This document shows positions 1 through 11,349 of a DNA stretch of 64,000 nucleotides, piece after piece. The translations under genes and the position numbers were made by a program. The notes under the pieces are model-generated. The model saw nothing but the letters and a program-made list of their open reading frames with translations, did not search any database and was not told where the DNA came from. This DNA is from Macrostomum lignano (Eukaryota). Where the stretch lies: positions 105,968 to 169,967 of the forward strand of contig NIVC01000721.1 of the NCBI GenBank assembly GCA_002269645.1, written 5' to 3'. Every line of letters starts with the position of its first letter. Positions within the stretch are counted from its first letter, which is position 1.

Positions 1-176
1 GATTATCAGAGTTGATAAGCATGGGACAGATTAAAATTAAAGGCCGATTATCAACAGTAGATAAGCATAAAGCATGGGATAGATTAAAATTGAAGGCTGC
101 TTATCAACAGTAGATAAGCACTAAATAATGATGTACTTTAAGCTGCGTATCAGTCTTAGATCGAGGCCCATCTCAC

Positions 177-1759
177 CTGCAGGATCCGCCTAACGAACGC
201 GCGCACCCTCGGCAGCCGGCTGTCCCAGCTCAGACTGCGGTACAGCAGGTGCATCAGCATGGCCCGCTTAGCCACTGGCCCAATGTCCAGCAGCCGCTGG
301 TACAGCGCCCTGTAGAACCTGTCGCTCAAACTAGGATCCCGCTGCACTAGCTGGAACAGCACCAGCAGGCACTGGACTCCGACATTAAATCCGGCCAAAT
401 GGACGAGGCCAAACAGCAACCTGGCGTGCTCGGACAGTTCGGCCAGTTTGTCCGGGCCGCAGAAGGGCAGAGCTCGATGCAGTCCGGTCAGCAAGCCGGC
501 AAACAGTCTGCCGGCCACCTCCTGGCGTTTGGCGGCCGCTTTGAAGAAGGCCAGGTAAATCCCGGCCAGGCGGCCGGCCACGCCGCCAGCGTTGGTGTCG
601 GCGGCGGTCAGCGGCAGCTGGCACAGCAGGCAGACGGCGTACCGATGCGTCCGAGCCACGCCGGAGTTGACGCCGCGAGCAGCGGCAGAGTCAGCGTTGC
701 CGCGAAACAGCAGCCGTTCGATTTCGTCAACTAGAGCGGCCTGCGGGCGATTGGTGGGCAATAAGTCCATGTTCTGATCCTCTTCTGACACTTAGATCTC
801 AAATCCCCGCAGTTTCGATCATTAGGCTAGTTCCGACCCCTACCCTGCCAGTTCCGCCCCCTACCCTGCCAGTTCCGCCCCCTACCCTGCCAGTTCCGCC
901 CCCTACCCTGCAAGTCCCGCCGGCGCCCCACCTTCATCTCCGGCTGCTTAGCCGCCAGCAGCCTTAGCCTGTGCAGCGCGGCGCCGCAGACCCGTCGGCT
1001 CGGATCGCCCAATTTGTTAGCCAGACTGGCCATCGCGCGGCTCCGGCAGTCCCGATGCCCGACGGCCAGCTCAGCGACGGCGGCCACCGCCCGTAGTCGA
1101 GCCGCATCGACCGGGTCGCGCAGCAGGCCGTCCAGTCTGTCCAGAAACTGCTGCAGCAGCTGGCCCAGCCGCTCTTCAAAGTACCAGAGAGCGCGGACGT
1201 GACGCGCCGCGTCTCGGCCTTTGCGCGCCAGAACCGGCGCCAGACGGGTGAACGGGCGCCGGTCGAGTGGCACGAGGCGCCTGCCTGGCGGCAGCAGGTG
1301 CTCGAGAAACAGTGACTTGACTGCATCCAGCACGGTGAGAGCGTCGCGTTTAGCTTTAGGCGTCACCATAGCAACCAGGGCCTCCAGATGAGCAAGGCTC
1401 TCCAACGGGTGGTCGCGCACCAAGCCGGTCATGACGCCGACCCGGTCGGCCTGGGTGCCGGACTCCAGCACCCGGATGGCGAACCGATCGGCGAAGCTGC
1501 GCGACGTCTGCATGTCGGAGCGGAAGGCCTTGGCCAGCTGGGCCAGCGCTTCGCCGCCCTTCTTGCGGGCGAACTCCGCCTTGCCGCCCGGCTCCGACGG
1601 CTCGCTGGGCTTCAGCGCCGCCTTAGTCAGCGGGTCGCGGTACCAGCGTGCCGCCGCGTCGGCTGGCGCTGCCGCTTCGTCACCTGCCGTGGAGGCTGCC
1701 AACGGCTTGGCCGGAGCGGCCTTTGTCGATTTTTTCTTGTTGCCGCCGGGTGCCGTCAT
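177..1759 (-). CDS. CEBPZ: CCAAT/enhancer-binding protein zeta / NOC1-MAK21 60S biogenesis factor; 5' part only, exons 1759-932 and 740-177, continues off the left edge
   Basis: Motifs GTQADRV..., LWYFEERL, NKLGDPSRR, DEIERLLFR, SDRFYRALY and RVRAFVRRILQV match the CBF/Mak21 family. Splice sites are AAG|GTGGGG at 932/931, CAG|GCC at 741/740 (gives MK-AALVDEIERLLFR) and CAG|GTGAGA at 177/176. Confidence 0.93.
829..914. repeat. 21-bp tandem repeat (TACCCTGCCAGTTCCGCCCCC, about 4 copies) in CEBPZ intron 1
   Basis: Read directly; it produces the false GRGRNWQ repeat tail of ORF 827..1759. Confidence 0.9.
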
Positions 1760-1824
1760 GGAGTGCGAGCATGTGTTTTGTATTTAACTGGACTTGCTGG
1801 TGGCTACGTGAAGTGAGCATTGGT

Positions 1825-2488
1825 GGCCCAGCAACTGAGGATCTGGGAGGCTGGCCCAGCAACTGAGGATCTGGGAGGCTGGCCCAGCAACTGAGGATCT
1901 GGGAGGCTGGCCCAGCAACTGGTGATCTGGGAGGCTGGCCCAGCAACTGAGGATCTGGGAGGCTGGCCCAGCAACTGGTGATCTGGGAGGCTGGCCCAGC
2001 AACTGAGGATCTAGGAGGCTGGCCCAGCAACTGAGGATCTGGGAGGCTGGCCAGCAACTGAGGATCTAGGAGGCTGGCCCAGCAACTGAGGATCTAGGAG
2101 GCTGGCCCAGCAACTGAGGATCTGGGAGGCTGGCCCAGCAACTGAGGATCTGGGAGGCTGGCCCAGCAACTGAGGATCTGGGAGGCTGGCCCAGCAACTG
2201 AGGATCTGGGAGGCTGGCCCAGCAACTGAGGATCTGGGAGGCTGGCCCAGCAACTGAGGATCTAGGAGGCTGGCCCAGCAACTGAGGATCTGGGAGGCTG
2301 GCCCAGCAACTAAGGATCTGGGAGGCTGACCCAGCAACTGAGGATCTGGGAGGCTGACCCAGCAACTGAGGATCTGGGAGGCTGACCCAGCAACTGAGGA
2401 TCTGGGAGGCTGGCCCAGCAACTGAGGATCTGGGAGGCTGGCCCAGTAACTGAGGATCTGGGAGGCTGGCCCAGCAACTGGTGATCTG
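1825..2488. repeat. 28-bp minisatellite (GGCCCAGCAACTGAGGATCTGGGAGGCT, about 23 copies) just upstream of the CEBPZ start
   Basis: Read directly; near-identical units with no spacers. Confidence 0.97.
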
Positions 2489-3805
2489 AGACAGTGACGG
2501 TGGATGAATCAAGCGCTGTCACTGAGTAATAATGAAAAGAGGCGACACTAGTCAAGCATTAAGTCGGTGATAAATAAGCAGAGCCTACATATACATTAAA
2601 ACAGGCAATTTATTTAGTGTAAATAATCAGGCCCTTAAAGTAGTTGCACGGCTGGCACAGCACTATAAACAAGGAATTCTATAGAATAGCGGAAGCCTTG
2701 GCCACTGGTAAGCAGTTAATGATCATGCATAAATGATTATTATGGCCTGTTGCAGCACAAGCAGGGCGTGTGTAGTGAAATTAATTTTGAAAAGCAATAA
2801 GATTGGAATGTGAAACAGTGTCGGGTTAGCAGTAGGGAACTGCAAGTATAAATAAATAGATGGATTGACAGATAGCACATCACATTAGACACGATAAAGT
2901 GAGCCTATTTAGTCAGGCTAGTACAAAAAAGGATTAGTAGTATCAATAGTATCATATATGCAATTAAGCCCCAACATCGTTCGCATTAACTTAACAATTC
3001 CGTGGCACTTTTTTATTAACAATTAAAAATTAATGAATAGGCAAAATATCCATTCATAGGAAGCGATTCTGGAATGCTACGAAAAATTAAAGATGGGAGA
3101 ACACAGAAAAAAGATTTTTATTTTAGAAATTTCATATGGCACCATCGGAACAGTGGCAGTCTTGTCGTCATGGTAACCTCAATAACAAGACAAAAAACAA
3201 AAAACACAAAGTTCATAAAACAATATCCGGGAAGACAAAAATTATTAGCTAGGAAAAAGTTTTTTTTCAAAATTTCCGCTTAGATAAAAAAGTCCATAAA
3301 AATTTTATTCTACTAAGCTAAAGGTATAATTAGTCAATCAGACATTATAATGACAATTAGTGATTGTAAACGTGTATATGTACACAACAGCAATATAATA
3401 ACACGCATAGAACAGAAGGGCAGAGAAAACTGCACTGTTATTTCATTACTTTCTTAATATTTCTTATGTATATTTAGTCCAATACAATAAAACTATTCGC
3501 GAATCAGACTAAGAACCGAATAAACGGATTGCTAATCTAGTTATTCGATTATTTACTAGCACTACAAACAGGACCTACCGTACAAACTCTATCACCTAAA
3601 GTAACAAATACTATTAGAATAACTAGGTGGGATACTCGAAATTAAAGCTGTGAAAAAGTAGTGTGTCCACTCTTTTTTCAGTAGTTTGTCTGCGCAGGGG
3701 CACCTAAATTTAATTGTGGCAGCTAAAATTTCATTTCTTCCTCTGTTTGTGGACCCCTAGGAGCATATGGGGTTAAGAGTAAACAGGCATTACGAGATGC
3801 AAGAC

Positions 3806-4021
3806 GGACGAAACTCTGCCCTGGGGGAGGCAGGCCTAATCTAGCTCAGCCAATGAGAGAGCAGTAAGAAAGAGGTTAAAGTTAGATGGACGAAACTCAG
3901 CCCTGGGAGGGGGGGCAGGCCGCCCTATCTAGGCCAGCCAATGAGAGAGCAGTAAGAAAGAGTTCAAAGTTAGACGGACGAAACTCAGCCCTGGGGGAGG
4001 CAGGCCATAATCTAGCTCAGC
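3806..4021. repeat. About 80-bp unit in roughly 2.7 tandem copies (GGACGAAACTCAGCCCTGGG...CCAATGAGAGAGCAGTAAGAAAG)
   Basis: Three recurrences of GGACGAAACTC(T/A)GCCCTGGG and two of CAGCCAATGAGAGAGCAGTAAGAAAGAG. Confidence 0.8.
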
Positions 4022-4515
4022 ACACGCACTGGATTTGGGTGCAGCTTCAAACATGGTGAAGATGTAAATTTCTGCCTGTAGAAGGCCAGAGGCGATTGTT
4101 TTGTTTTCAAAAACTTAAAAAAATATAGTAAAATGAGTACATTTTAGCTTAAAAACGCTAATTGTACTACTGAAGAAGTACATGTAAGTGAGCGCATTTT
4201 TTGCGAGTGACATCATCTAGTTATTCTACAAGTATTATCTCTTCCTAAACACAATAAAGAAGTTACGAAGGAGCCTTAAACCGATGAAGGCCAGCAGATA
4301 CTATCGGATGTAGTATTTACGTTTGATTTTCCGTTTGATTTCATTTGATCACCATTTAATTCGGTGATGCCATAGACATAGGAGTGGCTTCTGCCTGTAG
4401 ATCTGTAGATTAAATTGTTGTAATCTTACTCCCCAATACACCTATTACTTACTCCCCAATGTGATTTTGTATCAGACAAATTGACAAACACGAATGTCAA
4501 AGCCGCCACAACAGC

Positions 4516-5232
4516 TTAAATGACAGTATCCGATGGAGTGTGACTCTTCATGAGCTTCTCCGTAACCGTAGACTTAGCGTGCATAGGAAAAGCGTACTCA
4601 TTCAGCTGGGTGAGCTCCCTATCTAGCTTCATCTGCGGCACCAGGAAGCAGCTGGTGAAGAAGCAGAACAGCGCAGCCAGCACGGCCAGGCCGAAGCTCC
4701 AGGACGGCCAGTTCAGTGACGGCAGCGGCAGCCAGTAAGGGTCCAGGCACTTGGACCCGAAGATGATCACTCCGATGCCAATCAGAGTGCCAATCACGGC
4801 GAATAGGTAAGCCAGGCACCGGCTGAGCAGGGCCCGCCTCTCGGCATTGTTAATGCAGCCCAGCACGTACAGCAGGCATAAGATGAAGCCGCAGATCAGC
4901 AACAGCAGGCTGATGGTGATGAAAAACTGAACAAAGCGGAACCAAGGCGGCATCAGGAAGTCTCTAATTGGGTAGAACTCCGGAGCAAATGACCACCAGC
5001 AGCCAAAGTAGGAGCGCATCTCCGGGTCAAGCCGGTGCACCAGGCCGTCAAGGCAGAACTCCCACAGGCCGAGTCTGTCCACCGGGGTGTGCACCCGCGG
5101 CCAGGACTGCAGCCAGAATGGCGTCACGAATGACACCAAGGTGCACAGGAGGCTCACAGCTGAGCAGACTAGAGCTGAACGGCCGTAGCCGGACACAATT
5201 CGCTTTCTACTGTTATCGTAGTCGGAGTTCAT
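4516..5232 (-). CDS. Intronless claudin-like / PMP22-claudin superfamily tetraspan protein (invertebrate Clc/kune/sinuous-like), 238 aa
   Basis: Four hydrophobic segments and the W-GLW-C-C signature (FWLQSW...GLWEFC...FGCWW). The ATG at 5232 is preceded by TTTCAG|CA. The longer ORF to 5748 is repeat-derived. Confidence 0.85.
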   Translation of the reverse strand: MNSDYDNSRKRIVSGYGRSALVCSAVSLLCTLVSFVTPFWLQSWPRVHTPVDRLGLWEFCLDGLVHRLDPEMRSYFGCWWSFAPEFYPIRDFLMPPWFRFVQFFITISLLLLICGFILCLLYVLGCINNAERRALLSRCLAYLFAVIGTLIGIGVIIFGSKCLDPYWLPLPSLNWPSWSFGLAVLAALFCFFTSCFLVPQMKLDRELTQLNEYAFPMHAKSTVTEKLMKSHTPSDTVI

Positions 5233-5289
5233 TGCTGAAATTGACCGAATGCCAATAAAACTGTTAGATAAAACGTTTGACGATGATGA

Positions 5290-6113
5290 GAGTACAGGGG
5301 ATGAGAAAGAGTTTAGGGGATGGGGAAGAGAGTGCAGGGGATGGGGAAGAGAGTGCAGGGGATGGGGAAGAGAGTGCAGGGGATGGGGAAGAGAGTGCAG
5401 GGGATGGGGAAGAGAGTGTAGGGGGTGAAGAGGAGTGTAGGGATGAGAAAGAGAGTGCAGGGATGGGGAAGAGTGTAGGGGATGGGGAAGAGAGTGCAGG
5501 GGATGGGGAAGAGAGTGCAGGGGATGGGGAAGAGAGTGCAGGGGATGGAGAAGACAGTGCATATGGTGGGGAAGAGAGTGCAGGGGATGGGGAAGAGAGT
5601 GTAGGGGATGAGGAAGAGAGTGTAGGGGATGAGAAAGAGAGTGCAGGGATGGGGAAGAGTGTGGGGGATGGGGAAGAGAGTGCAGGGGATGGGGAAGAGA
5701 GTGCAGGGGATGGGGAAGAGAGTGCAGGGGATGGAGAAGACAGTGCATATGGTGGGGAAGAGAGTGCAGGGGATGGGGAAGAGAGTGTAGGGGATGAGGA
5801 AGAGAGTGTAGGGGATGAGGAAGTGTAGGGGATGAGGAAGAGAGTGTAGGGAATGGGGAAGAGAGTGCAGGGGATGGGGAAGAGAGTGCAGGGGATGAGA
5901 AAGAGTTTAGGGGATGGGGAAGAGAGTGCAGGGGATGGGGAAGAGAGTGTAGGGGATGGGGAAGAGAGTGTAGGGGGTGAAGAAGAGAGTGTAGGGATGA
6001 GAAAGAGAGTGCAGGGGATGGGGAAGAGTGTAGGGGATGGGGAAGAGTGCAGGGGATGGGGAAGAGAGTGCAGGGGATGAGAAAGAGAGTGCAGGGGATG
6101 GGGAAGAGAGTGT
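5290..6113. repeat. Purine-rich minisatellite (GGGGATGGGGAAGAGAGTGCA, about 21 bp, variable) between PPAN and the claudin-like gene
   Basis: Read directly. Confidence 0.95.
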
Positions 6114-6398
6114 AAGTAATGGGTAGGAGTTTGGAATGTTACATGACTATGGCATAGAATTTGAGCAAATAAAGATTAACCACAAGATAACAGCAATTCA
6201 AAAATGCAATTAGCACATCGCCGCCAATGCTCGGTCGGGGTCAACATCGGGGCATGGGGAAGAAATGCTTGAGCATTGCGCAATCATTTTTAATTGGCTT
6301 TATTAATTACGTAATTTCTACTAAGCAGAAGAAATTTGCGTTATTGACATATTGAAGATGGACAATTGAGTGCTTTCTTAGAAAACAAAATAACTCGG

Positions 6399-9300
6399 TC
6401 ACTTCTTGGTCCGGCCGGCCTTTCTCACGCCAGCCGACTTCTTTCTGGCTATTAATTTTGTCGACTTCTTCTTAATGCTGCTTTTTGCTTTGGCCTTGCC
6501 CGCCGGAGACTTCTTTGCTAATGTCTTTGCTCGGACTGTCTTCTTGTCCTTTCCGGCTGCGGAGCTCTTAGCCAACCCCGACGAGGACAATCGAGTCTTC
6601 TTCTTCGGCGGAGCGGCTGCATCGTCGCCGTTAGCACCCGCCGCCGCCGATTCGCCTTCGCCTTCGCCTTTGGCTTCCTCTTTTAGCAGACGGTCGGCCT
6701 CCTCGGCGCTGAGCTGTCCAGCCGCCACCATGCCCTCCAGGCAGCGACGCTTGTGCCGCAGGCGCTCCTCGGCTTTGGCCGTCACCCGGTCAGCCTGCGG
6801 TGAGCGATGAAATAAATACGCTTGTATGATTGATATAAACTACTGTTTCAGTGAAGATTCGAGTAGGCAAGCAGCCAATTTTAATGTTATATTTATAGAG
6901 TGCAGGGGATGGTGGGAGAGTGCAGTGGATGGGGAAGAGTGTAGGGGATGGGGAGAGTGTAGGGGATGGGGAGAGTGTAGGGGATGGGGAGAGTGTAGGG
7001 GATGGGGAGAGTGTAGGGGATGGGGAGAGTGTAGGGGATGGTGGGAGAGTGCAGTGGATGGGGAAGAGTGTAGGGGATGGGGAAGAGTGTAGGGAATGGG
7101 GGAGAGTGCAGGGGATGGGGGAAGTGTAGGGGATAGGGAAGAGTGTAGGGGATGGGGAGAGTGTAGGGGATGGGGAAGAGTGTAGGGGATGGGGAAGTGT
7201 AGGGGATGGGGAAGAGTGTAAGGGATGGGGAAGAGTGTAGGGGATGAGGAAGAGGGTAGGGGATGGGGAAGAGGGTAGGGGATGGGGAAGAGAGTGTAGG
7301 GGTGGGGAAGAGAGTGCAGGGGATGAGGAAGAGTGTAGGGGGTGGGGAAGAGCGTAGGGGATGGGGAAGAGTGTACGGGATGGGGAAGAGTGTAAGGGAT
7401 GGGGAAGTGTAGGGGATAGGGAAGAGTGTAGGGGATGGGGGAGAGTGTAGGGGATGGGGAAGTGTAGGGGATGGGGAAGAGTGTAAGGGATGGGGAAGAG
7501 TGTAGGGGATGAGGAAGAGTGTAAGGGATGGGGAAGAGTGTAGGGGATGAGGAAGAGTGCAGGGGATGGGGAAGTGTAGGGGATGGGGAAGTTGGCATAT
7601 GTGAGCGTATGCTTAGCTACATCTATTAAATACTGAGCTAAGCAGTAAACCCTAAAGACGCGATTGTTCCGGAATTTATATAAAATTGAATAGGGCCATA
7701 GCAACAACAATAGCAGCAGCACTAGATTTTGTGCCGAACTTTGGATCGGTCATTTTTAATAAAGCCCCGAAAATTTACCGCTTCCAACGATTCAAACCTT
7801 TTCGCTTAACATTTAAAAACTTGCGAAGTAGGAAGCACAGCATTTCCCTCACCTGATCCGATCGTCTCTTAGCCTTAAGCCGCCGCTTGCGCCTGGCCCG
7901 ACTATCCAGCTCGACCAGCTGCTCTGGCGTCTTCATCACAAACTTGTGATAGAGCACCGCTCCTGAGTTGACGCCTTCCTCCACTTTGAGCAGCTGCAAT
8001 TCTATCCGAGGACCGAGCTCCGTTAAGCGAACAGCCGACGCACCGCCCTGGGGATTGGCCGGCCCGACGCCAACAGGCAGACAGTCGATGGTGTTGTGGT
8101 CGCCGTCAAAGTCCGCGTCGGACAGGCCGGAGTCGGACGCGCAGCCGGCGCCGCTGACGAAATCGTTGAAATCGGTGTAGCGGCTCAGATCCGGCACCTG
8201 AGTCGGTTGGCGTTCAGGGGCGGGTGCTTAATAAGGACTTCTCAATCTTGGGCGTGACTAAGCAATGACCTACTGAAGATTGTGGAGAGGGTGATAGAAT
8301 AGTAGACTGAGATGAGGATGCTACTACACCTGCTGAGTAGACTGGGAGGGTGCTACCACACCTGCTGAGTAGACTGGGAGGGTGCTACCACACCTGCTGA
8401 GTAGACTGAGATGAGGATGCTACTACGACACCTGCTGAGTGGAGGGTGCAGCACTCACATTGAATAGACTGGGAGGGTGCAGCACACACATTGAATAGAC
8501 TGGGAGGGTGCAGCACACACAGTGAATAGACTGGGAGGGTGCAGCACACAGTGAATAGACTGGGAGGGTGCAGCACACATTGAATAGACTGGGAGGGTGC
8601 AGCACACATTGAATAGACTGGGAGGGTGCAGCACACATTGAATAGACTGGGAGGGTGCAGCACACATTGAATGGACTGGGTGGGTGCAGCACACACAGTG
8701 AATAGACTGGGAGGGTGCAGCACACAGTGAATAGACTGGGAGGGTGCAGCACACAGTGAATAGACTGGGAGGGTGCAGCACACAGTGAATAGACTGGGAG
8801 GGTGCAGCACACAGTGAATAGACTGGGAGGGTGCAGCACACAGTAAATAGACTGGGAGGGTGCAGCACACAGTGAATAGACTGGGAGGGTGCAGCACACA
8901 TTGAATAGACTGGGAGGGTGCAGCACACATTGAATAGACTGGGGGGGTGCAGCACACATTGAATAGACTGGGAGGGTGCAGCACACATTGAATAGACTGG
9001 GGGGGTGCAGCACACATTGAATAGACTGGGAGGGTGCAGCACACAGTGAATAGACTGGGAGGGTGCAGCACACAGTGAATAGACTGGGAGGGTGCAGCAC
9101 ACACAGTGAATAGACTGGGAGGGTGCAGCACACACAGTGAATAGACTGGGAGGGTGCAGCACACATTGAATAGACTGGGAGGGTGCAGCACACATTGAAT
9201 AGACTGGGGGGGTGCAGCACACATTGAATAGACTGGGAGGGTGCAGCACACAGTGAATAGACTGGGAGGGTGCAGCACACAGTGAATAGACTGGGAGGGT

Positions 9301-10007
9301 GCAGCACACATTGAATACCAGAGTGTGAATTGTCCCATCCAGCCTGGCAACACTCAAACCTTCTTCCTGCGCAGTCGTCGCACAGCCTTGGACACGCCCC
9401 TGGGCGCCAGTCGCACGCTATAATGCCGCAGCTGGATCTGATCAGTCTCCGGATCGTAATTCAACAGTAAGCATCGACGAACAGTCCGCAGATTCAACTG
9501 CTGCAAATTCAACGAAGGCAGCAGGCTTCGAAAAGTGGTAGTCAGCAAGCGAAGCTGCCGACCCTCGCCAGTGAAGCCGTTCATAATCAACAGAGGCGGA
9601 TGCTGATAAATTGAGGCGCTACTGTTGATCCGGCGAGCCGCGCTGAGCACATCGGCGCGCAGGCAGTAGGACAGGACACGAAAGGTCAGAGTTGGACCGT
9701 GCGGACAGGCAACTATGCGCATGTTAATAGAATCGCTAGGATGAGTGAAATAGACCAGGTGGCTGACGGCGAATTTACCAGCAATGGCTACGGCGTCTTT
9801 AAGCACGTTAGACTTGCTGAAGCGCAGGCGCATGGCGGTGTAGGGCTCGAATGCTAGGCGCAAGTCAGTGGCCAATTGTTTAACAAATTTGCCAACCCCA
9901 GCCCTGGAGAAGATCATTGTGTGCGGCTTGGCTTTCTCCTCTTCTTCCCGGCCTGGCTGGGCTTTGTTGCGCCGTTTGGCGCGACCTTTTTTGTTCTTGC
10001 GAGCCAT
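6399..10007 (-). CDS. PPAN: Peter Pan / SSF1 Brix-domain 60S biogenesis protein; exons 10007-9360, 8197-7853, 6794-6399
   Basis: Brix motifs (FEPYTA, GPTLTFRV, PPLLIMNGF, RRCLLLNYD, AVRLTELGPR, LLKVEEG) and HKRRCLEGM. All four splice sites are GT-AG in phase 0, and the protein has a Lys-rich C-terminus. Confidence 0.95.
6897..7592. repeat. Purine-rich minisatellite (GGGGATGGGGAAGAGTGTA, 18-19 bp) in PPAN intron 2; same family as 5290-6113
   Basis: Read directly. Confidence 0.95.
8325..9317. repeat. 29-31 bp minisatellite (GAATAGACTGGGAGGGTGCAGCACACA[GT/TT]) filling PPAN intron 1
   Basis: Read directly; open in all three minus-strand frames, which explains ORFs 8385-9357. Confidence 0.97.
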
Positions 10008-10339
10008 GCAAATGAGGCTGAAAATAAGGACAGAAACAAACTTTATGTATTATTTATCAGAGTAGCTTAGAAAGTTGTTGATTTGGTTTGAATTATCTTA
10101 TTTTAGTAGCTGAATGTTTTGTACAATTTTTTTGCATGTGGTAGGGAAATATAGGCAGTATGAATGCAAAACAATGCCATATTTTTATGGCAAGATATTT
10201 ATTTTGCCTAATTTAATTTTCATATTTTTTATTATTTATTATCTCCAAAAAGCATTAGGTTATATAATAATAAAATTTAGGCCTTCTGAAAGTGAATTTT
10301 TCTTTGCCTAGAAAGGCCTATACATGAGTAAACCATATG

Positions 10340-10790
10340 TATTATTTTTTGCATAACTCATTAGCCCATCTAGCTAGCTGACAAGATATCCAAGGCAAGT
10401 ATGTCACTGCAAGCTGCATTGGATGGTCCAGTAGGTACTGGGCACAAAAAATGTCACAGATGAAGTTCTGCCAGTCAATCATCGACTGGCAGCTAATATT
10501 GTATTGGCACATACCAGTATTTTTGCTGCCTAGCATCCACCAAACACTATTAGATTAGGTCAATAAGTTGGCACAACTCTAGGTGATTCCATTCAAAAAA
10601 AGAATCCTTCCAGATTGAGACTTAAGCATGGCAACCAGGATAGGCCCAAGCATACCTATCAATGAACCAATCACCTTGACAACATTGCAGTCAAATGGTA
10701 TACCATGGTAGTTATTATATGCACATTGGTTGGCAATAAGTTGGTAAGTGGCTAGCCAGTTAATTAGGTCGCATGTTGTAGCTATCATCA
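10340..10790 (-). pseudogene. Decayed Merlin / IS1595-like (ISXO2) transposase N-terminal fragment
   Basis: Broken frames read DRYAWAYPGCHA*VSIWKDSFFEWNHLELCQLIDLI and IDWQNFICDIFCAQYLLDHP. These resemble the Zn-ribbon/SIR-GSFF and VDW-NF-R-C motifs of Merlin transposases. Confidence 0.55.
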
Positions 10791-11349
10791 TAGCAAGGTC
10801 TTACATGGTTATTTCCATATTATACAGAGCCATTGCTATGCACTTTTGCTATGCTGTACTTGTGCAAGAGGAATAATAAAAAATGGTGCAGAAAGGTGTC
10901 TAGCCATAACCACAGATACTAAATAACCTAGATGGTTCACTCAGCACTATCTTTATATGTCAGTTTGACTTGCTACTCTCTGTCCAGTGGCATAAGCGCA
11001 TATTTGCTCTGTTTTTGTTTTTTAAGGAAATAATAGGCAAGCTTGGCAGTGGATGAGTGGATTGAAATTCTCAGGCATAAAACACTCATTTAAAATCTGT
11101 TCCCTACCCAAAAAATGTAGTCTTGGCCATAGAAAGCCAAAGAAATTGATTGACTTTGTTTTTAGCTAGCAGTCAAGTGCTACAAGATACGGGAGTTTAA
11201 ATGAGAGGTAGGACGGATGGAGAAAGGAAAGATTTTATACTTTGCACTTTGAGGCTTACTAGCAAACAGAGCAAGACTGACACAATACCAGCAAAATTTT
11301 GTCATGGAATTCAGCTTAAAGTGTTGCTGTGGCAGCCATACAGTGCAAT

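Noticed and set aside
3806-4021. GGACGAAAC motif suggesting tandem hammerhead ribozymes
   Set aside because: No CUGAnGA core upstream and no stem II/III pairing could be built.
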